The notes beneath the pieces are model-generated. The model made no database searches, had not been told where the DNA came from, and was given only the letters and a program-made list of their open reading frames with translations. Made by a program: the position numbers and the translations under genes. A stretch of 63,629 nucleotides of DNA, the filler included, from Octopus bimaculoides (Eukaryota): assembly GCF_001194135.2 (NCBI RefSeq). It is 12 parts of 11 records of this genome, joined end to end, with 100 filler letters (N's around TTAATTAATTAA, not from the genome) between each part and the next. Parts side by side here need not be neighbours in the genome. Positions count along the whole stretch, not along the records: positions 43,955 to 54,981 come from NC_068997.1; positions 55,082 to 58,172 come from NW_026415497.1; positions 58,273 to 59,549 come from NC_068981.1; positions 59,650 to 62,358 come from NC_069005.1; positions 62,459 to 63,629 come from NW_026318366.1; 7 more parts are not named here. One strand, 5' to 3'. This document shows positions 52,678 to 63,629 of the stretch, piece by piece (position 1 is the stretch's first letter; the number at the start of each line of letters is the position of its first letter).

Positions 52678-53769
52678 TGTCCTTGTATATCAGAACATAC
52701 AGTTTCACTAACACTGGTTACAATATGAAGTGCCCACGTTTGCTAATGAGCAAGATTTGCGTTATAACATATAGTTTTGCTAGAATATGATTAAAAGTGG
52801 TGTGTACTTTTCTTGATTCAATTTCAGTCTGCAATAAACCATAGCAGTCAGTGAATTGTAAGGTAGATTGACCAGCAATATCTTGTTTGTTTGCTGAGCA
52901 CGTCATGAAGAGAGACTTTGAACGTTTGCTAGATAATGGATTGCACTTACTCATCTCTGTTTCTGAAGAACGTTTCGATATGTATGCGTCATCACCGTCG
53001 TCGTCGTTGTCGTCATCATCATCAACAACAACAACATCATCATCATCAGGTCGAGCTTCCACAAATTTATATGACTCTGATCCTCTCCTCATTGCCATCT
53101 CCTATGGTATGTGATAGTTCTCCTCAACGACATCCAGTGTCAGCTGTTGGATGATCAACGTTTGTCTTTGCAGCCTGACTAATGTGATTGCAACCATTTC
53201 GAGGTGCACAAAATAGGATGTCTGTAACCATCCCTCCAAATTTCAGAGCTTTTTCGCGGAGTATCGCTTACAGAACCGTCGTCCTAGAGAAGTAGGGAGG
53301 GACGGAAATTCAGTAAAAGTTGGCAGGGATCTGTTTGGCCATGAACTGACCACTTCTACTAATAGTCCGTATTAGTAGAATACTTTCCATTCATCAAAGG
53401 GACTGAAAAACGAAGAATCCCTGTGAAATTTGGAATGGGATTTAGAAATTCTCACTCCAGGGTGTACATGCGCGTATGTAGTATAATAGTGCGAATTTTT
53501 TTGGTTCCTGTTAAATCGATTAACTCCCTCAGGTGAGATATCTAGGTTTGTCAACTTTCTAAGGTCTCATAAATTGTCTGCAGATTACAATCAAGTTTTT
53601 TCGCATATGTGGCTGTCTACTTTGTAGGAATGTATGTATATATGTATATATGTGTATATGTATGTGTTATTATAGTACGTGACGGTGAGGGGAATTCACG
53701 TTAAATTGTTGTCATGCGTTTTTCCAGTGTAACTTCATTCAATTCGATATTATCGAATGTTATCCCTCT

Positions 53770-54870
53770 TAGTTAGGGGATACTTGGAAGAAAAACTTTA
53801 TGAGGAAGTAGAAAAAACTTTTGATCAGAAGTACAAGAAATATATCATTAAAAAGTGGAAATGCTTCCTTGATGTTTGCTTCATCTTCTGGGGAAATCGA
53901 ATGAAGATCTAAATATATTTAACAATATACTGAAAACACTTCACCCTTCCAACAAATTCACGACAGAATCCAGTTGCAATGAACTATCATTCCTGGATAT
54001 CCACATAAAAAAAACAGAACTCCACAGTCACAACAGACATATTTTACAAAAAAACAGGACACACCAATATTTAAATTTCTACTCATGCCATCCATTACGC
54101 ATCAAAAGAAACATCCCATACAGCATGGCAAGACGCATCTGTGCTATAGTGACTGACCTCAAAATACGTGAAACCCAACTCAACGAACTCAAAGGCCTCT
54201 TCACAATGCAGAAATACCCCTTAGGATTAATTAATGAGGGAATTAAAAAGGCGATGAAATTGAACATCACCCAACTACGAATACCTAAGGAAAGAGTTAA
54301 TGAAAACACGATTCCGTTCATTGACACACATAGTTCTGGAATAACCAACATCTTTCACGCCATAAAATCGAACTTACCTATACTCCTAGAAAGCCCCAAA
54401 ATAAAAATCTGATTGAAAAAAAAACACACCTTACAGAATAGCAGACACCAACCAAAAAATCTTAAAACCACCTCACAAAGGCAGAATTCAAATCAGAGAA
54501 TGAATCAGAATTCTTAGTAAAAGAATGTGGAGATAGGAGATGTGGAACATGTAATAATATCAACAACTTCAAAATAAATGCAGATATGAACTGCAAAATG
54601 CAAAATCTCATATACTGCATTATCTGCCCAAACTGCAAAGAAAATTACATTGGTGAAACAAATAATTCCCTCTGCCAACGAGCAAGAATCCACAGGCAAC
54701 ATATCCGATAAGAAGGATTACGCAAGATTCCATTAAGTAAGCATCTGGAAATATGCAGCGACGGAAAATTCAAAATTTTCCCTTTTAAAAAAGTGCACGG
54801 GACGATCCGCAATACCGAAAAGTAATGGAACTACATTTCATCAAAAAATTCTCTCCAAAATTGAATGTTT
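53770..54870 (+). mobile_element. Penelope-like element: RT C-terminus and GIY-YIG endonuclease
   Basis: GYLEEKLY..KWKCFLDVCF; LSFLDIHI; SCHPLRIKRNIPYSMARRIC; QKYPL; CGDRRCGTC; LIYCIICPNCKENYIGET; KHLEIC; FKIFPF. Confidence 0.92.
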
Positions 54871-55081
54871 GAAAGAAAAGCAGAGACAGTACATTTTGTA
54901 AGTGTTATACTAATGTTCTCTAACGCAAAATTATGAAATTGAAAGAGGCGTGATCGAAGTTACACAATGTAAACATAGACANNNNNNNNNNNNNNNNNNN
55001 NNNNNNNNNNNNNNNNNNNNNNNNNTTAATTAATTAANNNNNNNNNNNNNNNNNNNNNNNNNNNNNNNNNNNNNNNNNNNN

Positions 55082-55118
<37 letters not shown>

Positions 55119-55139
55119 CATACAGACACGCATGTATAC

Positions 55140-56690
55140 ATGATGATACATATGATACATGAAGGAAGAATGTGGATAGCAGAAAATTATGTCAAGTAGC
55201 AGGAAGGGAAGCTAGGCAACAAGTTTACTTAGTAAAGGAAGACGCTATAAGAACGAGGTTTGCCAATGTTCTACAGCGTGAGGATCACATTTACAGGGTG
55301 TTCTGGATTACAAGATAGTGTGTTGGAAAGACTCAAGATGTTATCAGTTAGAAATATGTTCACTTGCACTTAGTGATTCTGAAGAGAAAGAGACATGGAA
55401 GGCTGCTTAGTGCAGGGAAAATACATTTGGAGAAAGAGAAACCTTGTGAAATTGCATTCGTGGTTGATGTCAGTGTTGTACAACTGGTTTGTAGAAAGCA
55501 CCCTTTGAACTTTGGGCTTCAGAGAGGCAGTGACAGGTGACCGAGACCATTGACGATATGCTGTGCTTGAGAAGACCTGTCAAGCCAAGTGAGATCGTAG
55601 TCGTGGCCGATGCCAATGTTGTATAACTGGCACCCTCGCCATTGGCACGTGAAAAGCACACTTCGAACTTTGGGCCTCACGGAGGCAGTTGACAAGTGAN
55701 NNNNNNNNNNNNNNNNNNNNNNNNNNNNNNNNNNNNNNNNNNNNNNNNNNNNNNNNNNNNNNNNNNNNNNNNNNNNNNNNNNNNNNNNNNNNNNNNNNNN
55801 NNNNNNNNNNNNNNNNNNNNNNNNNNNNNNNNNNNNNNNNNNNNNNNNNNNNNNNNNNNNNNNNNNNNNNNNNNNNNNNNNNNNNNNNNNNNNNNNNNNN
55901 NNNNNNNNNNNNNNNNNNNNNNNNNNNNNNNNNNNNNNNNNNNNNNNNNNNNNNNNNNNNNNNNNNNNNNNNNNNNNNNNNNNNNNNNNNNNNNNNNNNN
56001 NNNNNNNNNNNNNNNNNNNNNNNNNNNNNNNNNNNNNNNNNNNNNNNNNNNNNNNNNNNNNNNNNNNNNNNNNNNNNNNNNNNNNNNNNNNNNNNNNNNN
56101 NNNNNNNNNNNNNNNNNNNNNNNNNNNNNNNNCTTGAGAAGACCTGTCAAGCCAAGTGAGATCGTAGTCGTGGCCGATGCCAATGTTGTATAACTGGCAC
56201 CCTCGCCATTGGCACGTGAAAAGCACACTTCGAACTTTGGGCCTCACGGAGGCAGTTGACAAGTGACCAAGACCATTGACGATATGCTGTGCTTTGGAAG
56301 ACTTGTCAAGCCAAGTGAGATCATAGTCGTGGCCGATGCCAATGTTGCATAACTGGCACCTTTGCCAGTGGCGCGTGAAAAGCACAATTCGAATTTTGGG
56401 CCTTACAGAGGCAGTTGACAAGTGACCGAGACCATTGGCAATATACTGCGGTTGAGAAAACCTATCAAGCCAAGTGAGATCGCATTCATGGCCAATGTTA
56501 GTATCTTGTAACTGGCATGTAAAAAGCACCCACTACATGCTGCTGAATGGTGTTAGGAATGGCATCCAGCTGTAGAAACCATGCCAAATCAGATTGGAAC
56601 TTGGTGCAGCTCCCCTGCTTACCAGTTTTCAGTCAAACTGTCCAACCTATGCCAGCATAGAAAATGGACGTTAAATGAGGATGATAGAGT
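55140..56690 (+). mobile_element. Internally deleted RTE LINE with tandemly amplified 3' end and terminal tail
   Basis: REARQQVYLVKED..RFANVLQRED at 55200-55290, then the 159-bp array, then the GCATCCAGCTGTAGAAACCATGCC...GGACGTTAAATGAGGATGA tail. Confidence 0.8.
55430..56530 (+). repeat. 159-bp tandem repeat derived from the RTE 3' end
   Basis: GCCAAGTGAG at 55584, 56151, 56310 and 56469 (period 159 after the gap). A gap interrupts the array. Confidence 0.92.
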
Positions 56691-56744
56691 TTTCTTAATG
56701 TGAACCTGACTGAGTAACCAGCCATTCTTGTCTACAGTAGTATG

Positions 56745-57075
56745 ATAGATAGATAAGGCAGTTAGTTAAGGATATGAAGGCAGGGAAAACCCCTTCCTCA
56801 TCAGGAATCACTGCTGAAATGCTTAAAATATCCAGCAGAGTAGGTTACGGTTTAGTCACCTATATAGATTAATCTGGTGGTACAGGCAGGTATCATACCC
56901 AATGACTGGTGTAGTAGCTTGATACTCATCAGCTGCTACAGGTGTAAAAGTGGGTGTTTTAGATAGGAGTAATTACAGTCATATCAAGTTACCGGGGGCG
57001 GGGGGGATGACCAGGTCATGAAAATAGTGGAAAGCGATAGGGCTCAATTAATTATATAAAAGAGAGTTGACACAT
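56745..57075 (+). mobile_element. RTE RT N-terminal fragment
   Basis: KDMKAGKTPSSSGITAEMLK...IPNDWCSS...DRSNY...DQVMKIVE. Confidence 0.8.
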
Positions 57076-57303
57076 GAAGAGGAGATGTAGTTGGGTAGAT
57101 TGGGTAGTGATGGTTAAGGCCCAGTTTGTGGCTGAGGTTGGAGAGCTAGGGTGTTGTGGGTCTGGTTGCAGCGATGGTGGGGGTGTGGGGAAGGTAGCAG
57201 CAGTGGTGGTGGTGGTGGTGGTGGGATACAGGGTGAAACGATGGGGTGTAGAGATAGTATGAATTGTATCATCATCATCATCATCATCATTATCATTAAA
57301 TTA

Positions 57304-57475
57304 ACGAGCTGGTAGAATCATGGTCTGACTTAAAATTTCGCCAAAGTTGACATAAACTTTCATTCTTTCCAGGTGGATAGAATTAACACCTGTTGAGCAC
57401 TGGAGGTGATGTAATCCACTTACCCCCTCCCCTAAAAAATTTCAGGCCTGGTGCCTGTAATAGAAAGGATTATTA
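57304..57475 (+). mobile_element. SINE family B copy with internal deletion
   Basis: GAGCTGGTAGAATC head and CCTCCCCTAAAAAATTTCAGGCCTGGTGCC...GAAAGGATTATT tail. Confidence 0.7.
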
Positions 57476-57481
57476 TTATTA

Positions 57482-57516
<35 letters not shown>

Positions 57517-57519
57517 TCA

Positions 57520-57805
57520 GGCCTATTTCTATCAGGTGTAGTAGCTACCATGTAGAAGTCTCACTCATTGGCTCATACACACATATATGCATAAGACAGT
57601 AGGGTGTGATTTGAGGGGGATTTAGCTGCTATTTCTGCCTGTTCTAGCTACCATTTGGAGGTCTCCCTCCTTGGCTCATACATACATACATACATACATA
57701 CATACATACATACATACATGCATAAGAGAGTATAGCGTGATTTAAGGGAGATTTAGCTGCTATTTCTAGCAGCTCTAGCTACCCTTTGGAAATCTCGTCC
57801 TTGGT
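57520..57805 (+). repeat. Degenerate tandem of a short interspersed unit (GTGATTT.AGGG.GATTT.GCTGCTATTTCT...CCTTGG) with CATA spacers
   Basis: About 2.5 units. Related pieces at about 50830-50880 and 17130-17175. Confidence 0.7.
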
Positions 57806-57933
57806 GGAGGTCGATGTTGGATGGGTGCAGTGTGTAGGGGAAGTGAGAATGATATAATTAGATCTCTAATTATAGGTGTGGAGTGACATGAGAAGCAAGC
57901 TGGACAAATACAAACACATATTTCTCTCTCTTT

Positions 57934-57967
<34 letters not shown>

Positions 57968-58272
57968 TAGGTGATGTAATGTGTACAGCATTATGGCTGT
58001 AGCGAATAATAATAATAATAATAATAATAACAATGATAGTAATTATAATAACGAGGATGATGATAATGATGCTGGCTGCCATGGTGGTAGTGGTCATAAG
58101 CACAGTGTGTGTGTGTGTGTGTGTGTTTGTGTATAAGTATGTGTGTACATATATTGTGTATGTTTATATATGNNNNNNNNNNNNNNNNNNNNNNNNNNNN
58201 NNNNNNNNNNNNNNNNTTAATTAATTAANNNNNNNNNNNNNNNNNNNNNNNNNNNNNNNNNNNNNNNNNNNN

Positions 58273-58306
<34 letters not shown>

Positions 58307-58699
58307 CGTATGGTATACACCTGGTAGCTTGCCAGTAAAGCGCGTTCACTGGTTCAGTGTTCGTTGGGTATGTAATTAACGACAGAGACAGATGGAATAT
58401 TCGAGAATCCTTATTGATCACTACAATCATTTCGATCCAACTAGCATCGATCCCTCGCGTGGGGAATACTGGACAACCGGTTTAGGTGTATTCCTCGGTG
58501 TAGATGAGTCACCTTAGGTGATTCCAAGAGGTATTCCGTTGAAATAAACTCTTTTTCGCACAACTTATTATTGCATGTTTAATTCTTGAGCTTCGTAGAT
58601 AGAAATGACAAATTGACGGATACTGCTTCATTCTTATAGCAGATCAATGATCGGATACAATAAGAAACAGATATAGAATAAAGCGAAGACAATTATTAC

Positions 58700-59100
58700 A
58701 CATAACCATTTAGTAGAAATGGATATCCATATCTACTGGTTATACTGCCCCATGATAAAAACTGGTGAGAACACAAATAGACCAGATATTATATGGAAGG
58801 ATTTCAGACAAAAATTTTACCTCCTTATCGATAGGATTATCCCAATCAACATAAATGTGTGTCAAGACCGACAAAAAAACTGAGCAAATATAAAGGTCTT
58901 GAAATAGAAATTGGCAAAGTGTGGAACCTCAACACTAGAAGAATACCTGTTGTCATAGGCGCCCTAGGAATGATAGCAAAAGGAACTGATTATCCCATTT
59001 TTCAGATACCAGGAATCCCAAAATGGAAGAAATTCAAAAAGCAGTGCTCATTGGAACTGCTCACATCCTACGGAAAATGTTGTCTATGTGATTTCAAAAA
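58700..59100 (+). mobile_element. R4/NeSL-type RLE endonuclease 3' fragment
   Basis: NTNRPDII..LLID; KKLSKYKGLEIEIGKVWNLNTRRIPVVIGALGMI; minus a frameshift, LIGTAHILRK. Confidence 0.85.
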
Positions 59101-59879
59101 CATTTAAATCTATAAACATCATTAAAAGTACTTTTACGTTGTCCCTAACTGAGGTACAAAGTCAAACATTTAGATGGTCGATTTAGCCGACTCTATTGAC
59201 GATTAGTTTATTTTATAGACCCCCAAAAGAGCGAAATAGAAAATCGATCTTCGTGCTGTTTAAACTCTGAAGGTAAAGCATCGAGGTTAATACTGCAAGG
59301 CATTTTTCCCACGCTCTTACGGTTGCTTATTGTCCTCAACATCGTTGAACCGTTCGGGACATTAAAAGTAAAGAACGGTACGACAAAGAAACCAACAGAT
59401 AATATAAAAAGGGAAAGGTCCGTAATAAGGGTAACAACAATCACGCGAGGGTCAATCAAGAAAATTCTCAGACTCAGCTATCATTCTCCTGCTTAAAGGG
59501 GCATGCACAGAGTAGCCCATAGATTCCCACATGCTTGCCACTTCAACCTNNNNNNNNNNNNNNNNNNNNNNNNNNNNNNNNNNNNNNNNNNNNTTAATTA
59601 ATTAANNNNNNNNNNNNNNNNNNNNNNNNNNNNNNNNNNNNNNNNNNNNACATATTAAATGAAGTGCTTTTCACCTAGTCGTGTAGGTTTTTCGGGTGAA
59701 AAGCGCTTCATTTAATATGTGACATTAATAAAAATCTGTAAATGTACAAACATCCAGGTTTCTGAGTACCTTAATTTTTTTCTATATAATTTCTGTACAT
59801 CACCTCCAAACCTTCAAATATATATATATATATATATATATACATACCCCCATTCACACATACCTCCCATACACCTAAC

Positions 59880-60095
59880 ACACACACCTCCCTTTCATTC
59901 TCTTTATTGAGCAACCTTTCATAGTGGCATCTCCAAACGTCTCTCTTTGCAGCCTCGTTCAGTACAAGTGAACCATCATCCAAGCACACACATTTCTCTC
60001 CTACGACATCACGATTCTCTCTCACACACTGTCTTGCAACACGAAACACTTCAAGTCTTTGGTCCTCACGGCGCAGAACATTTATAAAGTAAAAC
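59880..60095 (-). mobile_element. RTE LINE fragment upstream of RT
   Basis: VLRREDQRLEVFRVARQCVRENRDVVGEKCV..DDGSL...WRCHYERLLNKEN. Confidence 0.85.
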
Positions 60096-60727
60096 ATACA
60101 AATCTGCACATATACATACATATATAGAATCAAAAATACCCTGTTGTTGATGTTGCAATTCCAATGAAGGAGCCTTGTATCTAGGTTAGAAACCGGCTCT
60201 TTCTCTATTGGCACTGGGTCACACCCACACCCACACACACACACACACGCATATATATATATATATATACACACACACATATATGATTATTGTCATGGTA
60301 GATAATGCTGGTGGTGATGATGGTGTTATTGTTGTTGTTGTTGGTGGTGGTAGTGGTGAGTAAGTGTAGTCAGAGAGTAAATACATTTGCTTATATTGCA
60401 AATAAACAGCAATTTTCATTCTAAAGTTAGCGAAATCAAATACGATTTTGATTAAAATATTGGCTTCCGGCTCTCTGCAAAGAGAACATTATTTTCTATT
60501 TTGTCCATCAAGAAACAGTTATAGCTCCACACAAGTTCACACACCAACAAAAATATACATTAACGCAAGCATACACACAGTTGCAACAGCACAACAATAT
60601 ATACCAGTACACAAGTACATGCGTCCACACCCACATAGACACGCGCAAAATCACACATACATAAGTAATACAAACACACACACATACACATATATATATA
60701 TATATATGTATGAATGCATGTATATAT

Positions 60728-60775
<48 letters not shown>

Positions 60776-60943
60776 TAGTTAACGAGATTAGTTGAAACAA
60801 ATAACTCTATTGATACTCTAGTCGTCACTGTCATCGTCTTCGTCGACATTATCAGCAACATTAGAAAAGCATTGCTTTGAGGATTTGCCGTTTCACATGG
60901 AACGCCTTAAAAGACACTCCCAATGACTGTGTATAATAACCCA

Positions 60944-60990
<47 letters not shown>

Positions 60991-62310
60991 GTATTAATGA
61001 AATAGATGGATTGAGTAAAATATTTTATCGAGTACCCCAACCGCCACTACGAAATTCCTGCAATAAATCTACGGATAACAACAGGTAATCGAAGCTGTGC
61101 TGGTGCTTTACTCATCATCTATTTATACATTTTCTATAATTTCTCCAGCGTATATATATATATATATATATATATAATGGTAAGTGTTCTAGTTGTTTAC
61201 TTTGTTAAAAATGTAGACATTCTCCATATTTGTCAAGTCGAAACTCCAAGACTGTTATCTATAATATTCTCTTTCTTATAATATCTAATTTAATTCTCTT
61301 GCGGTAAAAACAGTTCAAGAAATCAGCATCGCATCCATTACAGCCAAAAGGATCGGTGCTTTTTTTCAGGAAAATTAAAATCCTACAGAAACTGCATTTG
61401 AACAATCATCAATTCTTAATGAATCAAAAGGAATTAGTTGACATGACAACCAAATTTTCTTTAACAGCGTCAGTCAACAAGAACTTATATCAAGAAAACA
61501 ATGTAACATTATATATATAGTTTATCAGATGGACAATAATGTGAAGTCTCCCAGTAAGACACACGTTGTAGTTACTCTACAGCAATCTTAAAGAAAGCAA
61601 GCGACACAACATCGTTCTGCCGACACGTGACATAGCCTTCCCTCAGTAATGTTCATAGAAAACCCCACTTTTGATAGATAAACGACAGTTGGCGTCTACG
61701 ATCATCAGAATGACCACAAAACACATTGATCATAATCTATTGATCTATTGATCATAATCTATATTTTTATACCGTTAACGATGAAGTCCTTTTAATTTGT
61801 TGAAATTCGTAGTCGACCAAGGGGCAAACTGAAGAGAAAGATGTTTTTTTGTGCAGTAATTCTAGTTTAACAGTAATTCTAGACTAAGCTAGTCCTTTTT
61901 ATGTTTTCCTATCAAAATTTAAACATACGCATTAATATACCAAAAACAATTAATATTGAGTAATTTGATAAATTCAGATTCTACGTGAAATAACCGGCTC
62001 CCATTTATGTTAAAAGCGATATTTAATATATGTGCTCCGGTTGTAGGATACACCCACACGCATGCACACACACACACACACACATACACACACATAGAGA
62101 TACACTCATAAACACACACATATATGATATATAGTTATTAATGTATTAAATATTAATATACATTCCGATTATTCATTAAATCCGTATACTATACATATGC
62201 ATATACATATATATATGTAATTATATGTGCACACACACACACACATATGCACGTGTATTTACATATGTTGTATATTATTAATTTGCATCTTTAAAATATG
62301 TCAACTAAAT

Positions 62311-62358
<48 letters not shown>

Positions 62359-62979
62359 NNNNNNNNNNNNNNNNNNNNNNNNNNNNNNNNNNNNNNNNNN
62401 NNTTAATTAATTAANNNNNNNNNNNNNNNNNNNNNNNNNNNNNNNNNNNNNNNNNNNNTGTGTGTGTATGTGTGCGTGTGCGTTTGTGTGTGTATGTATA
62501 TAGACCCGTTCACTCTAAATTTTCTCCTTAATTGTCACACACTCATCAAAGCAAGGAACAGGCTTTCACTCACCTTGATAGACATAATCATGTAAAAATA
62601 CACAGACACAGATTTTACACATGGACAGAAACATACACCAAATGATTCCCCTGCACTCTCACGCTCTCATAAATCGCTTGACTAACAAACGAGCACATAC
62701 TCACACACACAGATCCACAAACAATAAAACACATCTTCGGGATGTCGAGTGAGGGAGCTTAAAATGAAAGCTGGGAAGATATTAGAGATTTAGAACTGTA
62801 TCGTCAATGAAATCCTATCAAACAAACTGATTCAACTTACAGGTATTGTAAACTGGAGAGACTCTGGAAGGCGTCTGATTTGATTTCCTTGATCTCATTA
62901 GATTGCATGTATCTGTAACATAAGAAATTGTATAGAACATATTTTTGACAAGTAATTAGTGGATGGAAGCGATAGAAAG

Positions 62980-63500
62980 TAGAATACGATGGTTATTAAT
63001 CCCATAAAGTTCATGGCGTTGATGATGATGTTCATGATGATGATGCTGATAACGATGATGATGATAATAACGATGAAGATGATGAAGGGGAAGAGGTGGA
63101 TTATAAGAATAATGGTGGTGGTAGTATTGATAGTGGACATTGTGGTGGTGTTAGTGAAGAATATGAATTGGCGAGTAAGAGAAGTGTATATGGTGTATAG
63201 TGATGATTAACGATGATGATGGGGATGTTGTTAATTATTGTTTATTATTCTGGTAATGACGGTGGTTAGCATGTCTATGTTGATGCTGAATACGATATTG
63301 ATTATGATGATGTTTGAGGGAATGTTAATGTTTGCAATTATGATGATAGTGTTGAAGATTCTGCAACTGATGGCGGTATTGTGTGTTAATGAATGATGTT
63401 GATGATACAGAGGACAATGATTAACGTGATTAAGTTTATGATTGAGAAAGATGACAATGAAAATGAGAAGTATGACGGTGATGAGGACATGGATGAGGAT
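62980..63500. repeat. Degenerate (GAT/GGT)-rich low-complexity tract
   Basis: Direct reading. Confidence 0.85.
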
Positions 63501-63629
63501 GTCGAAAATTTTCTAAGCAGATTTGGTTTCGATTTAAATAATATAGAATTTAGACGAATAGAGAATCGAGCGAATGATAACGAAAGGGAAACTATAGAGA
63601 AATCATGAGAAAAAGAAAGTGAAAGACAA

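Noticed and set aside
55519-56529. 336-aa ORF with a 53-aa repeat
   Set aside because: Antisense translation of the RTE-derived 159-bp satellite, spanning a gap.
55430-56530. CRISPR-like array
   Set aside because: Eukaryotic context, contiguous units without unique spacers, and homology to an RTE LINE.
58503-58530. AGATGA-GTCACC-TTA-GGTGAT hairpin resembling HHR stem II
   Set aside because: Lacks CUGA and GAAA; only an 8-bp hairpin.
4957-62414. Eleven identical TTAATTAATTAA motifs that might suggest a regularly spaced repeat, piggyBac TTAA sites or an array
   Set aside because: Each is centred in N-runs (44+12+44 = 100 bp where counted) and has stops in all six frames. This is an assembly spacer, and adjacency across it is unverified.

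Overview
AT-rich eukaryotic genomic DNA dominated by repeats, from a gapped short-read scaffold (roughly 10% N). The SINE, RTE and Penelope families and the extreme microsatellite density resemble a coleoid cephalopod, probably Octopus (inference from family recognition, no database search). No host protein-coding gene can be supported. Nearly every long ORF in the track is an artefact of N-runs or microsatellites, or a transposon remnant. Recognisable content: tRNA-derived SINEs; RTE, CR1/L2-like and R4/NeSL-type (RLE) LINE remnants; Penelope-like RT/GIY-YIG remnants; two Ty3/Gypsy pieces; piggyBac, mariner and pogo/Tigger transposase remnants. Most interesting: (1) a tRNA-headed SINE carrying a complete minimal type I hammerhead ribozyme fold; (2) a 673-bp foldback element with a TTAGGG core and 8-bp TSD that splits a SINE; (3) a 159-bp satellite built from the 3' end of an RTE LINE; (4) a LINE whose putative ORF1 combines a Myb/SANT-like domain with tandem CCCH fingers; (5) an LTR whose primer-binding site matches about 32 nt of tRNA-Trp. 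The TTAATTAATTAA islands inside N-runs are assembly spacers.
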